Origin: Phoronis australis
Lineage: Eukaryota > Animalia > Phoronida
Reading direction: 5' to 3'
DNA: 64,000 nt
NCBI GenBank assembly: GCA_002633005.1
Contig: NMRA01000010.1
Coordinates: 489,252-553,251 of the forward strand
Shown one piece after another: positions 48,901 to 61,400 of the stretch (its first letter is position 1; each line of letters begins with the position of its first letter). A program made the position numbers and the translations under genes. Under the pieces are notes generated by a model, which was not told the DNA's origin, made no database searches, and saw only the letters and a list, made by a program, of their open reading frames with translations.

Positions 48901-50277
48901 AGCTAGAGATTAAAAAAATATCTTTGAACGTAGCTTTAGAAGCCTGTGTACGCAGTGGCTGCTTTTTTAATTTTTAAATTAAGAGTATTCAGTGAAAACT
49001 GGTTCTTGGCAGCCATTTTCAAGAGGGACCTGTTTACTCACTCCCCTTTTACTAGAGTGCTGACAGTTTGTGATATCTGTGACACTCAGCATACATTAAT
49101 CTAGAGTCTATATCATACACATATTCAAGTGATAACTCAGGGAATTTTCATTACATACTGCAGGTCCTAAAGAGTTCATAGTCAAAACGGTGTAAAAACC
49201 CAAAATAACTAAAACAAAAGCAGGGAAAACCAAAATCAGCCAAACAATTGACTAGTTTTGGAATAGTACGAAACTGATTTGCTTGAAAGAGCTACTTTTC
49301 CTGGATTTCAAAGCAAAACCCGTTTGGTGATTTCATTGAACAAAAAATTGAGAAACATATGCTAGACCTTGAGAATAGTGTCCATAAAACAAAATATTGG
49401 GAGAAACATTTTGAAAATAAATGTAATTATTAACATGTTGCTAACCTATGAGTCAGCAGTACTGTGAATGTGTTTCCTGACAGCTTAATTTCTTAATATA
49501 GGTGTCTTGAGGTTGATTCACTGCCAAGACTTCAAAACTGATATTCAGATCTTCCTTTAGAGTGTTTGATCCATACATAGTCAAGTCAGCACGATTCATT
49601 CATAACAGTTTTAGAAAACAGACCAAAAACAATGCACAATCAAAGAGACACCTGCTTTAAGAAACTGATATTTTTCAGTACTGCAATAGGCCTACCTGTT
49701 TACTGACATAAAACAATCTGTAAATCTACACTAAATTACCAATCAGCTGATTCATGCTAGTAAAGTATGTTGAAATCACTATCAATGGTCAGCCATCTTG
49801 CCTTTTTAGATTTTGACATCAGATCTGAAAAAGCAAGCCACTTAAACCAGTCTTTTGACATTAAAGAGAACAAAAAATCGTGATGATGTGTTTTCTGGTG
49901 GTACAAACATTAAGAACCAGAAGGACACTTACTTGCACTGAGGAATACCGACTCCACCCTGAAGGAGTTTGTACAATTTACTCTCGTATAACAGTTGGGG
50001 GTGTCGGGCTTTGACCGACTCCATTTTGACAGCAACCTCCTGGAAGAAACGGCAGAATGATCAGTGATTACCCATGAACTATTGTACAATTCAAAATGTA
50101 ATTTTCATGAATAAGACACAAACTTACATCGGTATGAGGCGATGATGGATTATGTGTATGTGGTGTTGTCGAGACGGCCAAATAGATATCTCCAAACGAT
50201 CCACTTCCTATCTTCCGTACTAATTTGTACTTTCCTTGCCCCACCAGGAATTCCTTTCCTGAGCTGACGGAACTCAT
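27935..50277 (-). CDS. CSNK1A1: Casein kinase I isoform alpha (about 326 aa, 8 coding exons)
   Basis: Coding exons (minus): 50277-50128, 50039-49933, 32538-32412, 31243-31145, 30435-30217, 29951-29877, 29152-28957, 27942-27935 (G|GT CGC TGA); 981 nt. Motifs: [35 protein letters not shown] (alpha-type), [37 protein letters not shown]. The terminal 8-nt coding exon is inferred. Reading through the 28956 donor gives an alternative stop at 28892. Confidence 0.95.
31964..32052. repeat. 49-bp-period tandem duplication
   Basis: aagtgtgccccaactgttggttcaag(g/a)ccctcaacatggc at 31964 and 32013. A second 26-bp duplication (gggacagttt(g/a)aggtcactt) lies at about 32108-32153. Confidence 0.85.
37665..37856. 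repeat. 18-bp minisatellite (CCCAAGCTAA[G/C]TTAAGTA), about 10.7 copies
   Basis: Direct reading; it accounts for the LAWVLN-repeat ORF 37639-37878. Confidence 0.95.
40034..40047. promoter_or_regulatory. RFX X-box motif in CK1a intron 2
   Basis: GTTGCCATGGTGAC closely matches the palindromic X-box GTTGCCATGGCAAC. Confidence 0.4.
42447..42473 (+). ncRNA. Degenerate minimal type-I hammerhead ribozyme motif (Penelope-LTR-like relic)
   Basis: CAC-[A]TGATGA-G(TGAC)C-GAAACGT-C-GTG: 3-bp stem I, core with C3 changed to A, 1-bp stem II, palindromic ACGT stem III and a GUC cleavage triplet. Confidence 0.4.
48204..48356. repeat. 51-bp tandem repeat, 3 near-perfect copies
   Basis: aaaaaggtaagcctcttgaaatatcaatggatgaacaa(g/c)gacatcatgttc, three times. 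Confidence 0.95.
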
Positions 50278-50379
50278 GTCTTTTTCAATTGACACTTGAT
50301 GAAGAAAAAAGTAAAAAAATAAACCGATAAATTTGACCGCTAAGTAACCCTATACAAAGAAGTCATTTTCTTGAGCGAA

Positions 50380-50455
50380 TCTATGGCGGATGGGAACAAA
50401 GCGCGTAAAGGATCATGGGATACGCCAATTTCAACATGGCAACCCTTGGTAACAA
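50380..50455 (-). promoter_or_regulatory. Candidate CK1a core promoter
   Basis: 100-180 bp upstream of the ATG: CCGCCAT (YY1/initiator-like), ZNF143/Staf-like ATCCCATGATCCTTTAC, CCAAT (50425-50429) and two X-box half-sites (CATGGCAAC, CTTGGTAAC). Confidence 0.45.
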
Positions 50456-52057
50456 ATGTTTGGCAAGGTTCTGTTATTGTTCTTGAGTAAACAAAGTTGT
50501 CAAAACCGGTGATGCCAGGGTATACCCATTCTTTATAAACACCAACAAAGAGGACTAAAAAGTAACAATTAGCTTAATTTGTCACTGATAGGTGTCCAAT
50601 TACAGACGCCATCGTAATTTTAAAAGCGCACAAGTCAATAGTCACAACTACACTAGAGAACGAAGAGAAGATCAACGTACGGTGTTTTCAAATAAAGTTT
50701 AAAGTAAAGTAACGGGCTGGACACTGTTTAGATTTGCGTTTTCTAGAGTATAGTGTTTAATGGTTTAAATGAACAGCTAATTGCAAACCATTCATAAGTC
50801 ATACAACTACTGAAAATATGTGCACTGACGAGGCGTCGGATGTTTTTCTCCACATCATTTTATAGGCCTTTGTACGGTCATTCAGTTGTGGGGTTTTTGC
50901 GAAGATAAATGAAGGAGTATATTTTTCTTGCTGCTATAACTTTAATATGAAGATGAAACTGCGATGCTTACCAGCGGAGTACTTGTGCTTTGTAAGAGAC
51001 AACGTAACTTGAGGAACATTAACAGAGGAGTTAAGTCTAACGAAGTTTTCTCAGTTGTCGGAAAAGCATTTATGTGGGGAGATCAGTGACGCAGCAGCAG
51101 ATATTTTAGATAGCGAATATTAGATGTGCAACTCACTCATTAAAAATAGAAAACGGCTGGAGAAATGCTATTCTCGAAGTGAAAGAATTCGTAAATTTTG
51201 TAATACATGAGAGAATGAGACAGAAGAGCATTTGAACGCTTTCCACTTTTTTGGAAATAGATTCAAACCACGCCCCCGCCACGATGTCAGGTCTCTTTTT
51301 AAATCGAGAACAGAAAACACTTTTAAAAAACATTTCAATGAATATACAAAGGGCAGTGATTATCAGAAACGAAATATTAAATCTTAATAGGCAGTGTACG
51401 TATTTATAAATTTTGTATAGTTGTGAACTGTGGGCCGGTGTCCTCTTGTTCAAATAGAATTATTATTATCATTATCATTATCACTGCCACTGCCACTTCC
51501 TGGCACTGCCATTGACATTGCAATTGTCATTGATATTATTTCTATTATTAACACAACTAAAAACAATTATACCAACACAATTCTCAGTTTGTCTTCGTCT
51601 GTGGACGACAGTCAACAATAGAAAGCATGCATAATCTAAGCATATAATGACCAATTAATTGTTTCGCACAAGCGCTAGAGAAGTAAATGTTTTCTATTCT
51701 TTCATTATTGACCAGCTGGAACCCAAATCAGGAACCACATTATCCAATCACAAAAACATTTTTTAAACCATGACAGAAAACAACTTCCCGTCTCATACAA
51801 ACTATTTTAAGCATTGGCAAATTAAAATGTGTCAAAGTGATATCCGATTCGACAGGGTTGGTGAACCCTTTCAGCACTGGACTGTTTCATGTCTTTCACA
51901 TGTGTTATCTCGCTTGGTTTTGATGGTAGAAACAAGTTACGTACGTTAGTAATGTTAGTAAAATGACGTCACAAGGGCAGATACATTTAGTCTACCGACT
52001 CACTAATTCGTGCCCGCCACTCACAAATACGAGGTACTTAAAAGCAAAATCCACTTT

Positions 52058-52496
52058 TTGCCGGGATTTTCCGTAGATTAGCTCACCTGATGAAACGCCT
52101 GTGGGCGTTTATTCGGGAAATTATGCCGAATGAACGCCCATGGGCGTATATTTGTTGTTACAACTTCCGGTGTCAAGTGTCCAGACAGTGGGGCGTTTAT
52201 TTTGAAATTTTCCTCTAAAAGTCCTGTCAGAGGGTCAACCTTTCGCCACAAATTCAATTTTGTGGAGCATTTATAAAAATAAACAAGGTGTTGGCGAACT
52301 ATGCATTTATCAACATAAAATTTAAAAGCGCAATTTTAAGTAAAAAAATGTCAAAGTCAACAAAACTATGACTTTCCGTTTACACGCTCCCTTCTCCAAA
52401 TAAACGCCCGGACGTTTATTTGATGCTACTAAACGCCTGAAAATCTTCATTTTCCGAATGCAGGCCAATGAGCTTATCTACGGAGATTCCCGGCAA
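52058..52496. mobile_element. MITE with 28-bp TIRs and internal AAACGCCC/GGGCGTTT motifs
   Basis: Left ttgccgggattttccgtagattagctca, right tgagcttatctacggagattcccggcaa (3 mismatches). About five subterminal aaacgcc/gggcgttt motifs, several arranged as palindromes. Confidence 0.8.
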
Positions 52497-52936
52497 TATT
52501 CCTGATTTCGCAACGACGTTGCAACACAAATGAGCTCGTTCAAAACAAGAACACTCTAGATGTAGTTGAAAAGTAGGGTATCTCTTGTGTATCGCTTCAC
52601 ACTCACGAACTTGAGAATTCCGACATGACGCACGTTACAAATTACGCGTACTCGAGCAAACTTTACTGTGCCGTGACTCAAATAGTGGGTATAGATGGAT
52701 CAAGGTGCAGTTTCTATTGAACTGAAATGTTGGTTAGCATCCAGGGACCGAACGGAGAGTCAACATTTTCAGTAGAACTGTTCCACTAGCGCCACCGATT
52801 TAAGGCCACAACGCCGGCTTTAGCTACTGCGATTCACTCGGTTCTAAAAAAACACTGTCGCCATGCAATAGATCGATGTCTAAATCCAAACTCAACGACC
52901 GCAGTCAAAAAGTAATAAATTGAACTGAGTGAAAAA

Positions 52937-53011
52937 AAAACATGAACACTACCCGTATGATAAAACATGAACACTACCCGTATGATAAAACATGAACAGT
53001 ACCCCTATGAT
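52937..53011. repeat. 25-bp tandem repeat, 3 copies
   Basis: aaaacatgaaca(c/g)taccc(g/c)tatgat, three times. Confidence 0.9.
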
Positions 53012-54255
53012 AAAAAGAGGCGTATCTGGAGATGCTGTACTTTGTCCGGGGAGACAGATAGGTCTAACATTGTGGCTTCATCCCGAGCGCAACCAATTTC
53101 TTTCCGCCTCACCCGTCAGCTCAATTTTGTGTCGCCCCCACTAACCGCCACCTTCGTGTCGCCCTCCAATGTTGTTTCCTGTTGGGGTGCCGCTCGGAGC
53201 AACCCGCCCCCAACGTTATTTTGAAGGAAGTTCCAACATCGAATTACACAATTTTACAATTATTTCTAAATGGGTGCTTGATAAAAAGTTGTGTACACAT
53301 ATCTCCATTACATTCCGCACAATTGTATTCGGAAATTTCCCCTGGTCACTTAAACAATGAAATGTACAAAAACGAAACAAGGAATCCTTTTTGCACCAAC
53401 CACCTTAAACATCAGTTACGCGGGAACGATGAATGTGAGGAAAGAAAAAGTTCACCTGGAAAATATTTTCACTATCCAGTATTAAATACTCCAAAAACGG
53501 CAACAATTGATATTTAAAAGCGTGTTTTTGTGTATCAGCAAAGCAAAAAAGTGGAATTCGACTGGCAAATTTATGGCTAGAAGACTCGTGCTACTATCCA
53601 TAAGTAAATGGACGCAAATAAAGATTATGACTAGAATTAAGTGACGCATTCAATTTCGTTAAGACGGGTATGAACTCGCATTACATCATAAAAAAACAAC
53701 TTATGATAACGACTACTCACTGTTATGAAATTGATCTCAAATTGTCCCATAGTCAAATTATTTGCAAGGCTTCAGAACAATTGACAGCCGGTCAGTGCTT
53801 GATGTCAGACTCTACAAGTTGACTCTAATAAGTCAGGCATTTTGTGCATCGACCACGGTCTCAACGAATAACTGCCGGCTCTTTGGAGACCAAATCAATT
53901 CACACCAGGAGCAAGTAAATTGTCACATTTCAGACCACATCACGTCAGTATCGGTGTTACAATGGGTATAAAGATAGGTGCATAAAACTACACTTCGTAT
54001 CTATCTGCCAAAAACGGAAATAAATTAATCCACTTCAGCCTATAAAATGGGAGGCTTTTATTTTTTAGGCGTCGGCCAACGGAAATGATGTATGTACTTC
54101 AGAGTCTGTTCTTTCTGAGGGTGGTAATGTTTTTAATTCTCAAAGCACTTCTGGTTTAATATTCAACATTGGCAACTAACCAGCAGCGAATTGTCCCTTA
54201 AATAAACATTGCATTGATTCCAAGTTAGGCAAAAAGATGAATTTCAACAAAATGT

Positions 54256-54261
54256 TTTATT
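54256..54261 (-). terminator. Candidate SEC23IP polyadenylation signal
   Basis: AATAAA on the minus strand about 1.2 kb after the stop; alternatives near 54658 and 54722. Confidence 0.35.
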
Positions 54262-55477
54262 CTGCATTCTCCTTTTCCAGCTCAAGTCAAAAATATACCT
54301 GTGCACTGTACACAAAACAGTTAATCAGTTGACCCTAAAACTGCACACATAGAGCAGCTTTGATAATGTGACTCAAACTCTCTGATGAGATGTACTACTG
54401 AGGAACAATGCCAAACCGCTGATTTAAAGAATTAAATAACACCATACCACTGCAACGAGAGATTGGATTTTCACTAAGTGGAGCTTATAGTGTATTACAC
54501 CTACAGAATGTGAGTCATGGACAACATTTCTGAGACAAAGGACTCCTGAATGCAGATATTTATACTGGTAGCTCCACCTAGTGAATTTTGAACTTCTCAT
54601 TTACAGTTGGAGATGCACCAATAAGCTTGTAACCAATAACTCCTATATCATCTATCATTTTATTGCAGGCAGTCGTAAATAACAATTTTACACAAAATTG
54701 CCTCAAAATGGCAAATCCTGTTTTATTTTGAAAAAACCAATGTTTTGAACACATAACATTGTAACGTTCAAAACAATTAAAGAATGATTGATCAGGGACG
54801 AGATTACTGTTTTGACTTGTGAGGAGAACAATGTCCTACAAACTCAGACCCAAAACTCTTTTTAACCTTTCCCCCATCCCCCCTGACCCCCTTCGCCACC
54901 TCTGTTGCTCTAGAAATTAATTATTAGCTCAATAAAAGGAGTATTTGCACTACACATCAGCATTTGTAGGGAGTCACCCCCCATCCCATTCTAGTTTAAC
55001 CTGTCATCAATACATGTCACTCTTCATTGAGTGAACAACCAATGGGACAATGAAAGCGGTTGCAATGTGAATTAAAGATGAATTCGAAGACTATATAGTC
55101 CTTGAAGAACATTGTAAAATTGTTGGGATTCAAAAACTGAATAATCTTCACTTCGCTAAAAATACACAATAAAAATAACACACTTCAGTCTAGTAGCTTG
55201 GTAACATAACAGCACGGCTTCAACATTACCCTAAACCAAACCAGCCAGAGCTATTTCATACTAGAGACCCTCCACAATCGTAATGATTATATACAATTAG
55301 AGCACCGAGCTGTCCATAAATAACAACATAGCAATGTTAACTAGAAGGCCAAGATGACATCTGTAGACTGAACAACTTGAAAGGAATATGCTTCGAGAAG
55401 ACCAGTCCATATCCCGCCATTTCATAACACATTTTGGCAGTTAAAGCTATAAAAATAAATACAAAAAAGTCCAATGT

Positions 55478-58400
55478 CTATCTCCGTACAAATCCATGCA
55501 GCGGAGGAGGTCCAGAAGGGGGTTCCATGGAATCTGATGCTTGCAAATGACTCATTGTGGGAGGGGCACCACTCATTGGAGGTGGAGCCTGTCTCATCAT
55601 GGCAGGAGCCTGAGCACTCAACGGAGGTGGTCCTGTGTTGAATGACAGCTGTTGTGCATTGGTAGATGAAGGGGGAGGCGGTCCATGTCGGAAGCCTGAC
55701 ATAGGAGGAGGTCCAGTGAACTTGGCTCGTGGAGACTCAGTCATGCCTTGCTGTATAGGTGCAATGCCCAAGAGAGCATAGGTTTCTTTTAATATGAATA
55801 AGACGGTATCCTCAGATTCCCTGCAAAATGTAAACAAAACGTTGGTCTGTTGAAAGAGAATAAGAAAATTCTTTTCGTAATAATTAGTATCACACAAAAT
55901 TTTTGAAATAAATGAGGAGATTCAAAAAATGTTAGGATCTAAAAATGCAATTTTGGAAATTATTTTTGTCTGAAATTAGTGCGATAAACCCAACCACTGA
56001 ATATTGGTGAGAGACACACCCAATACACTTTCTGACTTACCAATAACAAGCATGACTGCCCAGAGCAAAAATGTAGTCATTGAAGCTTTCTATGGGTTTT
56101 TCTTGAAGCACATAGTCAATCCTTCGACCTTGATTCAAAACACCAAGATGGAGGTCTTCATTCTCTGACATGACAGCTGTAACACAATACATACAGTATA
56201 ATTCTATGCTTAAAGTATCAACAGACATTCTTTACCATCAGCAACAACCCAGACAACTGATCAATTATTGAATTATACTTATAATCCCCATTTGACAACA
56301 TGTAAATATAGGTTGTCGAGAGGCTGATAGAGAGGCAAAAAAGGTCACTAGGTGGTACAGAAAACATCGAATCCACCCAAAAACGAGATGACATTGTCTG
56401 CTTAATAAATACCTCTTACTAAATGTCATAGACAAACTTAAAAACTAAAATGCCACCAGGGGGCATACCAGCAGGCGGATCTGTTTGAATCCAAGGATTT
56501 TGGAGATACAGTAGTGGACACTGGACGCCAGGCGGACGCCGCACAGACAGGGATGACGGCGGAATGTTCGAGCCTCCATAAATATATATGTGAGTGCATA
56601 AAAATCCATAGTCTACTTACACTCTGTTTCAGCCTGTTCAGCCTGCTTGTCTGTCATCTCTTTAATAACACTATCCACCTCAGACTCCACTTCCTCCTGA
56701 GCTGGTTGGCGGTGAGCTTGTGCGAACGCGTGGATCGTATTCCATGTCGACTTGACAGACTCAATGATCCTCTGCTTCAGGTCTGTTCCCATACGTGTGA
56801 GACTGTCCTTCAACTCTGGAAAATGTGGGAAAGCATTGTCGACAACTGATGGGAAAAGTGAGGACAGTCTTCATGAACAACTTACTTCAAATGAATGTTT
56901 CCCATTTGCTATCTCTCTCTCTATATATATATATATATATCTCTCTCCCTCACACCCTCCCTTCTCCCTTTCTCCCCCCCCCCTTCNNNNNNTCTCCCTT
57001 TCTCCCCCCCCCCCTTCTCCCCCTCTCCCTATCTTGCCCTCTCACTCTCCCTCCCCCTGAACTGACACCTGAAAGTGACTTTATCTCAAGTGGCAATAAG
57101 ATAACAAGAATATTCAAATCTACAAGATGATTCAAAACAATTTCTCGATAAGCGCAAAAAACAAAGAAAGAAGGTACCTAAATGCAATCGTTTTCTGCCT
57201 TTGTGATGTGGCATCAGTACGGCTCTGTTTTGAATGTCAGGGTTGATCAACGGCTCGATTCTGTAGGCAACGGGATCAAACTGAAACATAGAGAATCAAG
57301 GTTATTATGTACACAGAGACAGTGTGGCTGAATAAAAGAAATAAACCTAGTGTTTACAGCAGTCATGTAATGGTGTCCTTGAGCAAGGCTCTAAAGTGGC
57401 CATAAACCTACATCCCGCCACAAAAAATAGTTCAGACAAGTGATGAAATTGATCTAATATTGTTCCTTCATCAAATTAGAGGTGATTTTGTGAGCTTAGA
57501 AAGACTTTACAAGTTGTTACTGCTGGAGACCTGGCACTATAAGGTCACTTTAATCACTGAGCACGATCTCAAGCACTGTTGGGTATTTCCAAGCCCCAGA
57601 AACTCAAAACACGAGAACCATCGAATTGCAAGCGAAACTTGACAGCACTAACAAAGCAACAACTAACTGAATTCTTGTGGCCTTACTTACCGGATGAAAT
57701 ATGTTGAAGACACCTTCACAAGTTGGCAGTTTGTAGTCCTCCTGGATCCTGTTGATTCCTCGCACGGTGCAAAACATGGCGATGGGTGAGCCAAGTGCAA
57801 AGAAGTTGGCAATGGAGAAGTCCAGTTTGGGGTAGCGCACTAACAGCTGGCCAGCCCCCGTGGCATTCTGAACGAATGGTATCTCTGTGCTGGACGCAGA
57901 AGTCATTAGGGGCTCCAACACATGAGTCAGTAGGCTGTAGGAGAAACGGACGATAGTGACATTGGCCCTCTCTTAGCTGGAGGAAATGTTGGCTACAAGC
58001 CTAACGTAATCTGACATATAAATCAGGGCTTGGAATGAACAATGACAAAAGAGGAAAATTTTCCAGCTGATGGCACAAAAAATATGCTTGACTTGTTGTT
58101 GTTTGTGTTGTAAAATTTACCTGAAATAAACATTTTTGTACGCATAAAATTAAAATGATGACAAAAAGAGACACAAAAAGAGGAAATTGGAAATCAAAAA
58201 CGATGAAATCTTACAAGAGGAAAATTCCAAGCCCTGAAAAATGTCATAATTATTATCTCTTACAATTCAGTTAACGCAGAAGTATATCAAAAAATTCTTG
58301 CATGAATCCAACAAACACATCAAGCTTCTACTCTTGAAAAACTACAAATGAAATTCCATTCACAGCTATCGCAAACAAGTAACTTTAGGATCCTGGCTTC

Positions 58401-61400
58401 TCTGTTCTTCCTTGCTCCAATGACACATCAGTATGCACACCTACATACACTAATTAAACCCAGAAAAGGAGATGCACCAGAAGCAAAATCACTGGGTACA
58501 TATCACCGTGTGAACAAACGGATAAACTGGGAAAACTTGACAACACTAGGATCTCGAAAGTGGTGGGGGGCAGTTTGTGCCCGATGCCTTCGTCGACGGA
58601 AACAGGGTCAGGGAGAAAGCACTTATCAACTTACATGCACCTCAGTTCTTACGGGTATTTTCCTCCTGTGACATATGCACAGGGAGACTTTCTCTTTATT
58701 ATTTCCACCAGTGTCAGATTCATCATGTGAACGTTCCACTAATCAGGACACAACTACCAACACCAGGCGTGCACAGCCACACTCCCTCCCTCTCCCCCTT
58801 CTTTCGGTACCCCTGTACTTACCCACACTGACTGTTAGCAGCCATTTGACTCTTCAGTTCACGCTCGGCCTCTTCGCGAATTTTCTTTTCTTCTTCCATC
58901 TTGGCTTTCCATTCTAAATGACGCTTGGCTTCTTCCTATAATGTGATAAACAAACAATACATAACCAAAAGAAGAGGGCAACACACAGTTAGCAGGTTAA
59001 TACAACACTGCCTTTTGATCTTACATACTATCTGAAACGTTAATTGAAATCCGAATGCTCAACCACAAAACTCGTTCTTCAAATCATTCGGCAATTTTCA
59101 ACCTAATGCCGCAATATGTTGTGTTTCTAACTAATTTGGCCACGCAATCACAAAGAAAAAGAATTAGCTTGCAAGTTCCCATTTAAGATAACTGCACATC
59201 ACAATCACACTTTCAAGTTTTCGCGAATGAGAAAAACCCCGTAAATGATCCCTTTAAATGTGTTATCACCAATGTACAGTTATAGTGAGGTTGGCAATCT
59301 GCGTCACAAGGCAATAATAAATGTCCACCACCCAACAGAAATAACTGACCCACAAATGGTAAACTTTTAAAAGCATAATCAAGGTAGACAATATTCCTCC
59401 CTTCCTTTCTACATCAGCATTCTCATTAATAACGAACCTTTCTCCTTTTTGCAATTCTTATCTTGCACACTGCACTGACTTTCTCATACACCATACTTTT
59501 CTTCACGTCCTTCCATGAAGCACCAGTTGCACGTGCTTAGCACTATGCAGCATGTTTGTGTAGTACAGTGCATCAGAATCTGTATGCACACTACAACTGG
59601 GAACGTGTGTGTGCTTTATGAAAAATGAATCGTACTCCTTGGAATAAAATTGAGGCACTTTCCACCACATTAGGATCTTATAACCTACCTCTCTCTGCTG
59701 CTCTTCTTTAACATAAGTCAGGATCTTCTTCCTGGGCCCCATGGGCAGGCCCATTTCTTTTATGTCACTTTCATTGCACAATTTCTAGAACACATGAGTA
59801 TCCTTTGGTAACACTCCTTCATTCACACATGTAGTGTTGAAAACCTGACGAGATGTACTGCCCTTGACAATGAACAAACTTAGGTCCCAAAACCGTTAAT
59901 GCATCAATGTTGACAATACATTCTACTGTTGCCTACGACTACGACTGCGATAGTTACTCAGTGGATTGAACTAAGATCACAAAGTTTCCTTCCGTCTACT
60001 CAAATGCAAGAACCTCAAGATTGTACACAATGCATGTTGTCAGATTTTCAACACTATATAAATAATGACAAAAGTACATTCTAGGTCGACACAGTAAATC
60101 TTAACATTCGCCTGCTATCAAAACATGTACTTTTCATATACACCATGCACTATCATAAAACTGGTTGTAACTTGTTCCTTGCCTAGATTACAAGTCATTT
60201 AAAGTCTGAGAAGTACTAACAGTTCATAATGGCTGTAGATCAGGCTCAACAGTTTGGCTTGATGCAGCGGGTAATTTTACGCACCAAGCATGATCTTCAG
60301 CGAAATAGCCAACTGTCCGTTCTCTCGAAGGACAGAAATCACTTCTAATCAGAGAAAGGAACAAGTACCAGTTCTATAACGGCAAGAGTCGTATATTGAA
60401 AGTTATTTTTTGACAGAAGGTGGGTTTAAAGACCCTTTAATGAGCCATGTTACACAGTCTCCATTAAGATAAGAATGAATTTTCGTAGTTTATATAAAAT
60501 GCCTATAATTCTACTTTTGAATCACAAACATTTTAAGTCTGGTTTGCAAGCCACCTGTACACCACATCACGTGACCTAACGAACATGAGCCTGAACAGAT
60601 TTCTGCCCCCGACAGGGACTCAAACCCAGGGCCTTTCGCTAACCGTGCAGGTCACAAGATGTGGCCAACAGGTGGCATGCAGAGCAGATTTAAAATGTTT
60701 GTGATCCTATATTTCCACACCGGTTCAAGATATATCTACATTTGAATGTTCACATAACTTACAAGAAAACAAATATATCCAAGTACTACACCAAAACCGA
60801 GATATGCTCCCCTCCACAAACTAAAAGCAAACAGCACCACTATATTCAAACGTAAAATCAGAACACATTGGGTATTTTCTATGTAAGACCTGCGAAACAG
60901 CTGTTTTCAGTCAAAACATTTCAACTATTGCCCACAGCCAAAATAACAAAGTATTATCACTGAACACAATTACTCAGACTATGGGAAAAGGCTATTACAG
61001 TAAAAATCATAATGATGCCTAATACAAACTAGCTCCAGCACGTGCCCAAAGCAATCAAACGGAATGACTTGTTCTTTGCCTTGATGACAGAGCAAAAACT
61101 GAATTCCTTGTCACGACAGCTGAAGGTAATAGCCCGCACTTCGAGAACCAGTTTTCTCCGCTGAATAACGGGCATCAACTGGTTCTCAAAATGCAGGCAC
61201 GTTATATCTGACTAATGCCCAGCTGAGTGGAAATGGAATTCAATGTCAGAGTGCATAGGCCGATCCAGGGGGAGTCAAAGGGGTCCGGACCCCCTTTTTC
61301 CCTTGATTTTAGTGATATCAAACTTAGAATTTTCAAATTGTAAACTTGGACCCTCGTTTTTAAAAAAATCCTTGATCCGACCCCTTTTGAAAAATCCTGA

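Noticed and set aside
50278-50295. Upstream GTG start for CK1a given in the ORF track
   Set aside because: The in-frame ATG at 50277 aligns with the canonical CK1a N-terminus.
52708-52780. Imperfect intergenic hairpin as a pre-miRNA
   Set aside because: It has large bulges and a large loop, and no host transcript is evident.
56960-57020. Duplicated tctccctttctcccc tract
   Set aside because: It flanks an N gap, so it is probably an overlap or assembly artifact.
60598-60655. tRNA gene
   Set aside because: Only a T-arm/B-box-like half is present, with no D-arm or acceptor stem; treated as a SINE fragment.
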